Below, one piece after another: positions 26,683-41,122 of a DNA stretch of 64,000 bases (positions are counted from its first letter, which is position 1; each line of letters opens with the position of its first letter). Source of the DNA: Eledone cirrhosa (lineage: Eukaryota); assembly GCA_964016885.1 (NCBI GenBank), contig OZ024745.1, positions 21,948,001-22,012,000 on the forward strand, in the 5' to 3' direction. Under the pieces are notes generated by a model. That model was not told the DNA's origin, ran no database searches, and saw only the letters and a program-made list of their open reading frames with translations. A program made the position numbers and the translations under genes.

Positions 26683-26880
26683 GGGAGAGTGAGAGAGAAA
26701 GAGAGAGAGAGAGAGTGAGAGAGAAAGAGAGAGAGAGATAAATAGATAGATAGAGAGAGGGATATATATATATATATATCGAGAGAGAGAGAGAGAGAGA
26801 GAGAGAGTGAGAGAAAGATAGATAGATAGATAGAGAGAGAGGGGGATATATATATATATTTATATATATAATTATATATG

Positions 26881-26961
<81 letters not shown>

Positions 26962-28050
26962 TTTTACAGCAAGTTTTTTAAATAGATATGATGAAGCCAA
27001 TACGTCCCAATTTTGAGTTTTTATACAGATGTTTGGGGTTTGATTGCAGCTTGTTAGTACAACTTCCCGAATTATTTTGTTGTGACCAACATTTCGAGTG
27101 TAGTTGACTCGTTTTCAAGGACCTAATATTAGCTATACAAAATACAAAGACAGCGGCCGATAAAACTACGGCCAGCTCTCAATGTTATATTGTGTTGTAA
27201 AGGATGAGATGAGGTGTGTTTGAAGTGGCTTTAAATGCATCCATGCAGGCGGTATGTTGGTTATTACATGATGGACATTGCTGGTTACTTGTCACTTTTT
27301 TTGCTTATTTCTTTAGCAATGTTATTTCAACGTTAATATTGACCGCCTTGGCAAATTTTACAACTGTCTACTTGAGTTTGATTTGCCGTTACGTGCTCTG
27401 AAAAAAAGTGCGCATAATGAGTTGTTCTTTGTTAATGCATAGACAAACATCTTCGTAGCGTCGTATGTGTTCGTCCAATATCGGCTACATTCTGATTTTA
27501 ACGTTCAGTAATATCAAACAAGTTTTCCTCAACACATGTATATATTATTTACACACATAAACACATACGGTGTCGGTGAGCATGTCTAGCTAACCTCCTC
27601 TGTGCTACTCTCGAGCTGACTTTTCGGAGGCTCCCATACAGCTCTGAGTTCTTCATCCTCAGTGTGTACTGATTAATGTTAAGAGCCATCCTCAGCATAT
27701 ATATGTGTGTGTTTGTGTGTGTGTGTTTATGTGTGTGTATGTATCTGTGTGTATATATCTATATTATATATATATATTATGTAATATATGTATTATATAT
27801 ATAAAGTATGTTTATGTGTATGATCTAATTAACTTCCTCTTCCCTTTTTATATAACGACCTTCTGCCTCACATTAAACCTTCTCTCTCTTTACTCCTCTT
27901 TCTCTCTCTCTTTACTTTTCTCTCTCTTTCCCTCTCATATCCTGACACGCCTCTCTCGCTCTCTCTCTCTCTATATATATATATATATTTTTCTCTATTA
28001 CTCTTTCATATCTCCTCTTCTTCAAACATTCTTCTGTTCTCGTAAAGAAG

Positions 28051-28134
<84 letters not shown>

Positions 28135-29179
28135 GCTATGTATTTCTTCTAATTTGTTTCCTCCTCATTTTCTTCTATCAATACTTTCAAACATTTTCCT
28201 CAGTTGTCATTTAAAGCCACACGAGGTTGGTGACATATCGCGGCCTAACGTAACGAGAAATTGGGGGAGGGCTTGAGAGACAAAACAGAAAAGAAAACAG
28301 ACTACATGTACGAACGATGAAATTGAGGCTAGTGATGTTATTGTTGTTGTTGCGATAGTAGTGGCGCTACAGTGTCATGTGCTTTTGTATTGATATGTTT
28401 GTGTGGTGGTGGTGGTGGTGATGTTGGTGTGGTGGTGTTGGTGATATGTGGCTCCGTATATGGTAGTGTGGTAGTAGTTGGTGGTGTATTTGCTGTTACT
28501 ATAGTATTGCTGCTAGTGTGTGGTGTATTGGCATGTTTGTGTCGTGGTGCTATTGGTGTGATGGGGATAGTGATGGGGTGATGATGGTGCGTTTTGTGCT
28601 GATGTGTTGGTGGGATGGTGTGGTAGAAATAGTTATGATATGTGATTCATTATATATTGGTGTGGTATTATGTGGTGGCGTGTTGCTTTTGTTTTATATT
28701 ATTGTTTACTGGGTCTTAAGGAAGGGACAGTGCCCTTAATGTGTGCATGTCCCCTGAAATTTGTATGATTGGCGCTGTTGAGATTCAATAAATCTTGTAA
28801 ATCGACGCCTGCAAGAAAGACATCTGCAAGGAAAGAATACCAGAGGGATGACATTCTGCGAGGAAGGACTGTACGTAGTGACCATTGAAAGGAGTAGGTG
28901 GTCAGGTATTTTAAATAGGTCAACATGTATTTTTTATACTACAGCAAATTAAGATATATTTTAAACATATTAATCGCAATTAACATATTGAACTAATTGA
29001 TTAACTTGATGATTCACTTAAGGAGGTTTGACACAGTTACCTATGTCTCTAGTAACCGCCCGACGACCTGTTATATCAAATACTCAACAACACCACAATA
29101 GCGGGCTAATGTTTTGGGGAACTTTCTAAGTTTATGCCCAGACACAACAATTCCAACTCGAAACACCACCTTCACCATG

Positions 29180-31845
29180 AATATCAGCACCACCACACGA
29201 CAATGACGACGATCACCAGCACCACCACTACCAGAATAACAACCACCAGGGAAACCACCATGACAACTACCACTACCACAACAACCACCACCATGACAAA
29301 CACCACTATCACAACAACCACCATGACAAACACCACTATCGCAACAACCACCACCATGACAAACACCACTACCACAACAACCACCACCATGAAAAACACC
29401 ACTACCACAACAACCACCACCATGACAAACACCACTACCACAACAACCACCACCATGACAAACACCACTATCACAACAACCACCATGACAAACACCACTA
29501 CCACAACAACCACCACCATGACAAACACCACTACCACAACAACCACCACCATGACAAACACCACTACCACAACAACCACCATGACAAACACCACTATCAC
29601 AACAACCACCATGACAACCACCACTACCACAACCACCACCATGACAAACACCACTACCACAACAACAACCACCATGACAAACACCACTATCACAACAACC
29701 ACCATGACAACCACCACTACCACAACCACCACCATGACAAGCACCACTACCACACCAACAACCACCATGACAACCACCACTACCACAACAACCACCACCA
29801 TGACAAACACCACTATCACAACCACCACCTTGACAACCACCACTACCACAACAACCACCACCATGACAAACACCACTACCACAACAACCACCACCATGAC
29901 AAACACCACTACCACAACAACCACCACCATGACAAACACCACTACCACAACCACCACCACCATGACAACCACCACTACCACAACAACCACCATGACAAAC
30001 ACCACTACCACAACCACAACCACCATGACAAACACCACTACCACAAAAACCACCATCATGACAAACACCACTACCACAACAACCACCATCATGACAAACA
30101 CCACTACCACAACAACCACCACCATGACAACCACCACTACCACAACAACCACCATGACAAACACCACTACCACAACCACAACCACCATGACAAACACCAC
30201 TACCACAACAACCACCACCATGACAAACACCACTACCACAACAACCACCATGACAAACACCACTACCACAACAACCACCACCATGACAACCACCACTACC
30301 ACAACAACCACCACCATGACAAACACCACTACCACAACAACCACCACCATGACAAACACCACTACCACAACCACCACCACCAGGACAACCACCACTACCA
30401 CAACAACCACCACCATGACAAACACCACTACCACAACAACCACCATCATGACAACCACCACTACCACAACAACCACCACCATGACAACCACCACTACCAC
30501 AACAACCACCACCATGACAAACACCACTACCACAACAACCACCATGACAAACACCACTACCACAACAACCACCACCATGACAACCACCACTACCATAACA
30601 ACCACCATGACAAACACCACTACCACAACCACAACCACCATGACAAACACCACTACCACAACAACCACCACCATGACAAACACCACTACCACAACAACCA
30701 CCATGACAAACACCACTACCACAACAACCACCACCATGACAACCACCACTACCACAACAACCACCACCATGACAAACACCACTACCACAACAACCACCAC
30801 CATGACAAACACCACTACCACAACCACCACCACCAGGACAACCACCACTACCACAACAACCACCACCATGACAAACACCACTACCACAACCACCACCACC
30901 ATGACAACCACCACTACCACAACAACCACCACCATGACAACCACCACTACCACAACAACCACCACCATGACAAACACCACTACCACAACAACCACCATGA
31001 CAAACACCACTACCACAACAACCACCACCATGACAAACACCGCTACCACAACAACCACCACCATGACAAACACCACTATCACAACCACCACCATGACAAA
31101 CACCACTACCACAACAACCACCACTATGACAAACACCACTACCACAACCACCACCACCATGACAAACACCACTACCACAACAACCACCATGACAAACACC
31201 ACTATCACAACCACCACCATGACAAACACCACTACCACAACAACCACAACCATGACAAACACCACTACCACAACAACCACCACCATGACAAACACCACTA
31301 TCACAACCACCACCATGACAAACACCACTACCACAACCACCACCACCATGACAACCACCACTACCACAACAACCACCACCATGACAAACACCACTACCAC
31401 AACAACCACCACCATGACAAACACCACTACCACAACAACCACCACCATGACAAACACCACTATCACAACCACCACCATGACAAACACCACTACCACAACA
31501 GCCACCACCATGACAAACACCACTACCACAACAACCACCACTATGACAAACACCACTACCACAACCACCACCACCATGACAAACACCACTACCACAACCA
31601 CCACCACCACCATGACAACCACCACTACCACAACAACCACCACCATGACAAACACCACTACCACAACAACCACCACCATGACAAACACCACTATCACAAC
31701 CACCACCATGACAAACACCACTACCACAACAACCACCACCATGACAAACACCACAACCACCACCACCACCATGACAAACACCACTACCACCACCACCACC
31801 ATGACAAACACCACTACCACAACCACAACCACCACCACCACCGCT
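29180..31845. repeat. 24/27-bp ACC-rich minisatellite (CCATGACAAACACCACTACCACAACAA[CCA])n
   Basis: Triplet-based units create the spurious poly-T, poly-V and GGC-rich ORFs in three frames. Confidence 0.95.
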
Positions 31846-32699
31846 ACCTCTCATCCTTAACTTTCTTCATTTCACCTCTCACATCTACTCTATCAATCTG
31901 ATTCACTTATCCTCTTCGACATTTCTCTCACCTTTCAACCATAGTAAATATTTTCTCAAACTTCCTAACCTTCAGTAACTTGTTGATTATTTTACCAACA
32001 TTTATATTTCCTTTCCTTCTACGGAATGTTCATAATGCATATATATTTCATTTTAGTAGCTTAATCCGGGGAGGAGGACGACAGCTTTTATGCCAATTTT
32101 AAAGCCCTTCTTAGACTAGTGGAAGATGTTTTCTTAGCTGAGACCTGGGCCAAATGATTCCAAAGGAGGGGAAACGACTAAAGGCAGCCAAGAACCATGT
32201 GGTAGTGATAGACAGTGTGTCGGTTTCAGTCTACAACATAAGTTAATATAGACTTCTGTGGGTGGAAACTCACAGGAAAGCAGGATAGAAGGTCTTCAGA
32301 GAAGACCCGCCCCCCTCAAGCAAGTGTTTCCGCCCCTCTGGTACAGGGGATAATGATGATGTGACTCGGATATAATCCCTTTTCGATCCCAGTTTTACAT
32401 CGATATTTATTCGATCGATTCCCGGGGATAAATGTCGAAGTCAACGCTGACAGGATCTGAGGTCTGAACTGAAATGTATGGTACAAAATACCGAACGTAA
32501 TTTTAGAAATATCTTCTCTGCTAGCCATCGCATTTCGTGTTTCAAATCTAGATTAAATATTTACAACACTAACCACAACAAACTAACTCAATTCTCTTGG
32601 TACGGAAACATTTAATGTGGCATTCGTAGAGACAACAGTGAAAACTTTTACACACACACACACACACACATGTACCCTCACACACACCAACACACACAA

Positions 32700-32773
<74 letters not shown>

Positions 32774-32789
32774 GTATATATACATGCAT

Positions 32790-32840
<51 letters not shown>

Positions 32841-32882
32841 CATGTATATGTGTGTGTGATGTAAATATTTATATATACACAT

Positions 32883-32987
<105 letters not shown>

Positions 32988-33209
32988 TATATATGTGTGT
33001 GTGTATAACAACAACAACATTAACAAGTCTAGTATTCCAGCCACCACACCCTACTTCCTAACCTACTACTTCACCACAAACTCCAATCTAATATCACCAC
33101 AAAACGCCGTAACATGTGATGTGTGTTCCCGTCATCTTCACCCCAAACGGCCATCATCCGTCAGAACTCTCTAAAGAAAACTTTAAAATTATGCCAATAA
33201 TACTCCCTC

Positions 33210-33445
33210 GAGGTGGTGTGATGTAGAGGGGTGTGGTATGGAGGGGGTGTGATATGGAGCGGTGTGGTATGGGGGTAGAGCGGGGATGATATGGAGGGGG
33301 TGATATGGAGGGGGGGTAGCGGGGGTGTGGTATGGAGGGTGTGTGATATGGAGGGGGTGTGATGCAGAGGGAGTGTGGTATGGAGGGGTGATGTGGAGGG
33401 GGTGATAAAGAGGGGATGTGATATGGAGGGTGGGTGGGTGTGATA
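33210..33445. repeat. Degenerate G-rich repeat (GGAGGGGGTGTGATAT-like)
   Basis: Directly visible. Confidence 0.75.
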
Positions 33446-33489
33446 TCCTTTAAAATATTTGTCTATGTATATTTTTCTGTTGTTGTCAT

Positions 33490-34800
33490 GTTATTTTTTT
33501 GCCATTGTTGGTGTTGGTGTTGTTTTTGTTGTTGTAGTTGGTGGCAATTGTTGTTGTTTTTGTTGTTGTTAGTGGTGGTGGTGTAGTTGGTGGCAACTGT
33601 TGTTGTTTTTGTTGTTGTTAGTGGTGGTGGTGTAGTTGGTGGCAATTGTTGTTGTTTTTGTTGTTGTTAGTGGTGGTGGTGTAGTTGGTGGCAATTGTTG
33701 TTGTTTTTGTTGTTGTTAGTGGTTGGTGGTGTAGTTGGTGGCAATTGTTGTTGTTTTTGTTGTTGTTAGTGGTGGTGGTGTAGTTGGTGGCAATTGTTGT
33801 TGTTTTTGTTGTTGTTAGTGGTGGTGGTGTAGTTGGTGGCAATTGTTGTTGTTTTTGTTGTTGTTAGTGGTGGTGGTGTAGTTGGTGGCAACTGTTGTTG
33901 TTTTTGTTGTTGTTAGTGGTGGTGGTGTAGTTGGTGGCAACTGTTGTTGTTTTTGTTGTTGTTAGTGGTGGTGGTGTAGTTGGTGGCAATTGTTGTTGTT
34001 TTTGTTGTTGTTAGTGGTGGTGGTGTAGTTGGTGGCAACTGTTGTTGTTTTTGTTGTTGTTAGTGGTGGTGGTGTAGTTGGTGGCAACTGTTGTTGTTTT
34101 TGTTGTTGTTAGTGGTGGTGGTGTAGTTGGTGGCAATTGTTGTTGTTTTTGTTGTTGTTAGTGGTGGTGGTGTAGTTGGTGGTAATTGTTGTTGTTTTTG
34201 TTGTTGTTAGTGGTGGTGGTGTAGTTGGTGGCAACTGTTGTTGTTTTTGTTGTTGTTAGTGGTGGTGGTGTAGTTGGTGGCAATTGTTGTTGTTTTTGTT
34301 GTTGTTAGTGGTGGTGGTGTAGTTGGTGGTAATTGTTGTTGTTTTTGTTGTTGTTAGTGGTGGTGGTGTAGTTGGTGGCAATTGTTGTTGTTTTTGTTGT
34401 TGTTAGTGGTGGTGGTGTAGTTGGTGGCAATTGTTGTTGTTTTTGTTGTTGTTAGTGGTGGTGGTGTAGTTGGTGGTAATTGTTGTTGTTTTTGTTGTTG
34501 TTAGTGGTGGTGGTGTAGTTGGTGGCAATTGTTGTTGTTTTTGTTGTTGTTAGTGGTGGTGGTGTAGTTGGTGGCAATTGTTGTTGTTTTTGTTGTTGTT
34601 AGTGGTGGTGGTGTAGTTGGTGGCAATTGTTGTTGTTTTTGTTGTTGTTAGTGGTGGTGGTGTAGTTGGTGGCAATTGTTGTTGTTTTTGTTGTTGTTAG
34701 TGGTGGTGGTGTAGTTGGTGGTAATTGTTGTTATTGTTGTTATTGTTGGTGGTGGTGGTGTAGTTGGTGGTAATTGTTGTTATTGTTGTTATTGTTGGTG
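33490..34800. repeat. 49-bp GTT/GGT minisatellite
   Basis: GGCAATTGTTGTTGTTTTTGTTGTTGTTAGTGGTGGTGGTGTAGTTGGT recurs every 49 nt (33789, 33838 and onward). Confidence 0.95.
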
Positions 34801-35019
34801 TAATTCTTAGTTTCCTTGGAAACGAGAAACAAAAGCGAAAATGTATAAAATATATCAATAAAAATATAAAACATATAAATGAATAATTGTGGTTGTGACT
34901 ACATTGATGTGATGATGATTGTGATCATGAAGAATATTGATGGAGGCGGCGGTGACGGTAGCAGTGGAATGGATTTACTGGTGCTAGTGTTGATTTGATG
35001 GTGGATATATATGGCTATG

Positions 35020-35071
<52 letters not shown>

Positions 35072-35199
35072 GAAAATGTTTAACCCCGACGGCAGAGCTC
35101 AAGCCGTTTCGACGGCTATTATATATATATAAATATAAAATAAAGTACCAGTAATACACTGGGTTATTGCTGGTCTTGTGACAATATTAGAAACAATTA

Positions 35200-35740
35200 T
35201 ATATATATACATATATATAATGTATAATTTTATAAAATATTATATAAAATATTATAAAATATTATATACATATATATAATATATAATACTATAAAATATT
35301 ATAAAATATTATATACATATATATAATATATAATATAAAATATTATAAAATATTATATACATATATATAATATATAATATTATAAAATATTATAAAATAT
35401 TATATACATATATATAATATATAATATAAAATATTATAAAATATTATATACATATATATAATATATAATATTATAAAATATTATAAAATATTATAAAATA
35501 TTATATACATATATATAATATATATATTATAAAGTATTATATACATATATATAATATATAATATTATAAAATATTATATACATATATATAATATAAAATA
35601 TTATAAAATATTATATACATATATATAATATATATATTATAAAATATTATATACATATATATAATATATAATATTATAAAATATTATATACATATATATA
35701 ATATATAATATTATAAAATATTATAAAATATTATAAAATA
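35200..35740. repeat. AT-rich minisatellite (AAAATATTATATACATATATATAATATATAATATT-like)
   Basis: Directly visible. Confidence 0.9.
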
Positions 35741-36218
35741 AGAGGAGGCTGGACAGGTGTGATTACTTAAAGGTTTATTACATTATGAACTTTTCCATGA
35801 CCGGGTTCAGTATGAATCCGGTGACATCATCAGATTCCCAAGACGAGAAGGCGGCCGAAAATTAGCTGTTGCTAGGCCGAGTGGCCGCCTTCAAGTGGGC
35901 ATCTCTCTCTACTTTTCAACCCCTTGGATTATGTCTATTATATTCCTTTGTTGGATAAATTTCGGAATACCTGATGATGTCACCGGATTCATACTGAACC
36001 CGGTCATTGAAATGTTCATAATATAATAAACCTTTAAGGAATTAGACCAGTCCAGCCTCCTGTTATTTTATAATAATTTACTCCTTACTCGCACCACCAA
36101 CTACACAAACGAAGACGGGTGAGTTGCATTACGTCAAGTCCTCTCCCTAATATTACATCAAGGTTGACTATACGGAATGACCAGTTCTAGTCACTGGTGA
36201 ATCAACAAACCTAAATAA

Positions 36219-36220
<2 letters not shown>
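35738..36220. mobile_element. Hammerhead element family 4 with inverted 5' arm
   Basis: 35740-35840 approximates the reverse complement of 35965-36065. The 3' part recurs inverted at 36258-36400 and 15545-15750; another copy lies at 36930-37057. Confidence 0.8.
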
Positions 36221-36254
<34 letters not shown>

Positions 36255-36417
36255 GTTTAAATTTGGTGGTTAACCACTGGGTAGAATTGGTCATTCTGCA
36301 ATGTTAATCATGACGTAATATCAGAAAAGCACTCGACGTGTGCAACTCATCCATCTTCAATGTTGAATCGTGTTGGTGGTTCGGGAACGCATTATAAAGT
36401 GTATTATAAAGGAACGC

Positions 36418-36458
<41 letters not shown>

Positions 36459-36464
<6 letters not shown>

Positions 36465-36842
36465 AAACAAGGTTCAATGAATAAATCAAAGAATAAGTTT
36501 TACAATAGATTGGAAGCACTCAACAATTTAGGTTTTCCAGAGTTATTAATATTCATTCAAAATATTAACAAAATAATATTCTTGTGATCAAGTATATTTT
36601 ATTATTCATATTTCAGAGGTACTGAGTTAACTTCAATAGTACGTACTCATCAGCTAAAATAAGATGATGCATGACATACCCTGACTGAATCTTAACCATC
36701 TACTATGTCAGGGTATGTCATGCATCATCTTATTTTATCTGATGAGGACGTACTGTTGAACTTAACTCAGTACCTCTGAAATATGTATAATAAAATATAC
36801 TTGATCACACGAATGTCTATTTTGTTAATATTTTGAATTAAT
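36459..36842. mobile_element. Fold-back element family 5
   Basis: 36555-36686 is the reverse complement of 36706-36840; TA-flanked. Confidence 0.88.
36731..36797 (+). ncRNA. Hammerhead ribozyme (family 5)
   Basis: TATTTTAT-CTGATGA-GGACGTACTG..CAGTACCTCT-GAAA-TATGTA-TA-ATAAAATA; variant at 55265-55331. Confidence 0.82.
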
Positions 36843-36952
36843 ATATATATATATCGACTGGCCGAGACGCTAGTTGGTCAGTCGTCCTCTCTGTCTCTGT
36901 CTCTGATTTTTCGGACCCATGGTTTTTTACATATTCCTTTGTTATATTTTGA

Positions 36953-37010
36953 ATACCTGATGATATCACCGGATTCATATGGAACCCGGTCATTGAAATG
37001 ATCATAGTAT
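36953..37010 (+). ncRNA. Hammerhead ribozyme (family 4)
   Basis: ATAC-CTGATGA-..ACCGG..CCGGT..-GAAA-TGATCA-TA-GTAT with palindromic ATGATCAT; also at 35967-36024. Confidence 0.75.
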
Positions 37011-37050
37011 AATAAACCTTTCAAGGATTTACACCAGTCCAGCCTACTGT

Positions 37051-37144
<94 letters not shown>

Positions 37145-37361
37145 GATGTTGCTGATGGTTGTCATATTGATGATGAAGACTGTGAAATAGAGGTGGATGA
37201 GGAGGAGGAGTTAAGGACGATGAAGTTGGTGATGCTGCTTGTGGTGATGGTGATGCTACTGATGCCGTTGAAGCCGACTCTACGGTATTCATCATATCCA
37301 GCAGCTGTGAAAATATTACAGAAGAGGAAATATGAAAGTGGGAAGTGGTATCAAAATACCA

Positions 37362-37362
<1 letters not shown>

Positions 37363-37453
<91 letters not shown>

Positions 37454-37492
37454 GCGTTTCTGTGTATGTATGAGTAGTATATATATGTATGT

Positions 37493-37530
<38 letters not shown>

Positions 37531-37567
37531 GCGTTTGTGTGTATGTATGAGTAGTATATATATGTAT

Positions 37568-37617
<50 letters not shown>

Positions 37618-37654
37618 GCGTTTGTGTGTATGTATGAGTAGTATATATATGTAT

Positions 37655-37706
<52 letters not shown>

Positions 37707-37822
37707 GCGTTTGTGTGTATGTATGAGTAGTATATGTATGTACACAAACACACACACATACACACACACACATATATATATATATGCGTTTGTGTGTATG
37801 TATGAGTAGTATATATATGTAT

Positions 37823-37860
<38 letters not shown>

Positions 37861-38039
37861 GCGTTTGTGTGTATGTATGAGTAGTATATATATATGTATG
37901 TACACACACACACACACACACATATATATGCGTTTGTGTGTATGTATGAGTAGTATATATATATGTACGTACACACACACACACACACATATATATATGC
38001 GTTTGTGTGTATGTATGAGTAGTATATATATGTATGTAA

Positions 38040-38073
<34 letters not shown>

Positions 38074-38084
38074 GCGTTTGTGTG

Positions 38085-38090
<6 letters not shown>
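37363..38090. repeat. Compound minisatellite: (CA)n-(TA)n-GCGTTTGTGTGTATGTATGAGTAG unit, ~9-10 copies
   Basis: A constant spacer recurs with variable dinucleotide tract lengths. Confidence 0.92.
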
Positions 38091-38167
<77 letters not shown>

Positions 38168-38369
38168 GTATATATATGTATATATATAATTGTTTCTACT
38201 TTAGGCACAAGGCCAGCAATTACCCAGTGCATTACTGGTACTTTATTTTATCGACCCCGTAAGGATGAAAGGCAAGATTATATGTATATATATATTATAT
38301 GTATATATATATATTATATGTATATATATATATTATATGTATATATATAATTATATATAATTATATATA

Positions 38370-38530
38370 TATAACGAAGGAGTTGTGGTACGGAACCAGA
38401 TGGACCATAACACACCAGAGTACGCAATACTTAGGGTAGTAGAGTGGGTAATAGGAAAATATATGACCCCGACAGCGGAGCTCAAGCCGTTTCGGGTTGA
38501 GCTCCGCCGTCGGGGTCGTACATTTTCGTA
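38370..38530 (-). mobile_element. TA-flanked hairpin element (no clear hammerhead)
   Basis: Homologous to 43398-43590, 35070-35118 and 58732-58850; each has a terminal fold-back, e.g. GACCCCGACAGCGGAGCTCAA..TTGAGCTCCGCCGTCGGGGTC. Confidence 0.8.
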
Positions 38531-38541
38531 TATATATATAT

Positions 38542-38603
<62 letters not shown>

Positions 38604-38682
38604 GCGTTTGTGTGTATGTATGTGCAGTATATATATATGTACATACATACGCACACATAAATATATACATACATATATGTAT

Positions 38683-38828
38683 TTATTTCTGAAGACGGCA
38701 TATATATGTGTTGGTATGTATATTTAATTTTGATAGTTTGTATAATTTTGTATAATTTTGTACATAGATCTGTTGAATATGCATGCCAATTCTAACACAT
38801 ATATATCCTAGAAACGATCGTTAAATAA
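38683..38828 (+). ncRNA. Hammerhead ribozyme with ~115-nt stem II (family 6; element 38680-39035)
   Basis: TTATTT-CTGAAGA-[long hairpin]-GAAA-CGATCG-TT-AAATAA. Confidence 0.72.
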
Positions 38829-39026
38829 TGAACTTTTTTTGTTTAATATAAGGAACTGTTTCATTGTTTTATTCATTATTTTTTTAATATTTTATCTTGA
38901 CTCTGTATTCCGTTTATCTTTCACCGAAAGTGATTTTTCATTGCATCTCTTCTTTCCATGATATCCGGATTACATTGAGTTCTTCATACGGATTGGACAC
39001 TACCGTAAACTCTTGGTAGATTTATC

Positions 39027-39143
<117 letters not shown>

Positions 39144-39591
39144 TTATCCCAGGTTCAATGGGGGGTAACCACAGTATGTATGGTACTCAATACATAGCAG
39201 AGTATAAATATTTAATATATAACTGGTTTCTACAGGACTAGAACTGTTTCATTCGAAGAAAATCACATATATATATATATAAGGTGAATGTAAACTCGGA
39301 GTTTCACCGAAGCTGGCTTTTCGAAGTGTATCAGGATAATGGAAATTAGGTCTTATATATATGAGACAAGTATGGAGAATGTGGAGATGTATTGAACAGT
39401 GGTGGAGCAGTTAATGATGACAAAAGATGAACACAACGACTGCCATACCGTTGTGTCCATATATGGTATGTGAGAAAATAAAAAAAATATGAAATCACGG
39501 TTGGTTTAATGTACTTAAGGCTTTCTTTTATGAAACAAACCGATGCTTGTCAGTCGAATTCAGCAGATGGGAGCAGCATGCTGTATGCACG

Positions 39592-39788
39592 TACGAGGGT
39601 GTGCTGAATAGTTCATAGGTTGGCTAACAACGAGTGATACTAGAGCTGTGAAACCTTGCATGCATTAATTTCAACTCTTCTAAATAACTGCATCGTTTTT
39701 GCCTTTGACCATGTTGAAAACTTAACCTTATTTCGGCATTCCATGGGAGTATCTTCGCCAGCCTATGAACTTTCCAGACGATATCGTA
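39592..39788. mobile_element. Mariner/Tc1-type MITE
   Basis: TA|CGAGGGTGTGCTGAATAGTTCATAGG...CCTATGAACTTTCCAGACGATATCG|TA gives decayed TIRs with a TA TSD; relatives at 63355-63554 and a single end at ~25620. Confidence 0.7.
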
Positions 39789-40172
39789 TATGTGCGTGTG
39801 TATATGAGTATATATGTGTGTATAGTAGCCTGTATTTCAATATTTACTCTTGTGTATGTGTATGTATTTAAGTATTTATAAAGTAGCGTTTTGATAAAAA
39901 TAACAAAATGATAGCGATAAAATAAGTAAAAGAAAGTAAGAATAGCTGATAGTAAGTATTATTGTAATTGCTGAAAAATCTATGAAATCTGAGTCCCTAA
40001 AAATTGAGATTTTGGAAATTTTGTGAATATTGGTAACGGATATAATTAAGTGGAACCAATAATTAGGGCCATTATATAGTTTAAGTTATGCTATGTTAGC
40101 TAAATATCGAATTCACGCGACATTCGATGCTTCATACATTCATTTGCACGACTTTTATTCTAACAATCTAAA

Positions 40173-40546
40173 TAATTGTTTCTACTTTTGGCACAAGGCC
40201 AGCAATACCCAGTACATTACTGGTACTTTATTTTATCGACCCCGTAAGGATGAAAGGCAAAATTAACCTCGACGGGATTTGAACTCAGACCGTAAAGGGA
40301 CGTAACTATGCTAGAAAGCATGGCATCCAACCCTCTATAGATACTGCCAATTCACCGATCAGAGATTCTACTTTTGGCACAAGGCCAGCGATTACCCCAG
40401 TGCATCACTGGTACTTTATTTTATCGACCTCGTAAGGATGAAGGGAAAAGTTAACCTCGGCGGATTTGAACCCAGAACGCAAAGGGCCATAACTATTCTG
40501 CAAAACATGGTGTCTGACGCTCTACCGATACTGCCAAACCACCGCC
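40173..40546 (-). mobile_element. Tandem dimer of SINE family A
   Basis: Copies at 40173-40356 and 40366-40546; AATCTAAATAAT flanks the pair. Confidence 0.88.
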
Positions 40547-40942
40547 TAATAATCTAAATAATGGGACCTGGCTTTAGTGAGATTTCGAAGTCACTGTCAC
40601 GCTTCAAAACCACGTGATTTACTCAACTTCGTCTGTTTTATTTTATTCTGTTAATGTTAGTCGTTATTTTTATATATAATTAAAATACTTATATTAACTT
40701 AAAATAATGTTTAAACATACAGAACTGGAGATAGAACGATATAACAGAAACACACATATTTTCACATAAGGAGGAGGAGGAGGGAGAGGGGAGGATGGGG
40801 AGGAGGGGAGGAGAGGAGGGGGAGGAGGAGGGGAGAAAGAGGAGGAGGGGAGAAAGAGGAGGAGGATGAGGAGGAGGATCGATTGACAAGATCCTTAACC
40901 TCATTCACTTACCGAGTGGTGTGGAACTCGTCCACTCGAACC

Positions 40943-41122
40943 AAGGAAACAATGTTCCCATTGGTCTTTCCAATGTTGATACTATCTAACTCCTGACAGA
41001 AAGAGCAGTGTGAAATAAAGAGTCTTGCAATGGACATAACTCATCGCCCAGTCCGGGAATCGAACTCGCAACCTCACGATTGCGAATCCGATCCTCTAAC
41101 CACTAAGCCATACTCATTCACA
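40943..41122 (-). mobile_element. tRNA-derived SINE family B, dispersed copy
   Basis: Reverse complement gives TGGCTTAGTGG (A box) and GAGTTCGATTCCC (B box); homologous to 5951-6145. Confidence 0.82.

Noticed and set aside
29071-31860. Mucin-like poly-Thr, keratin-associated-like GGC and poly-Val ORFs of ~900 aa
   Set aside because: Three overlapping frames are open only because the repeat units are triplet multiples; no signal peptide or unique coding flank. Use as an exon cannot be fully excluded without RNA data.
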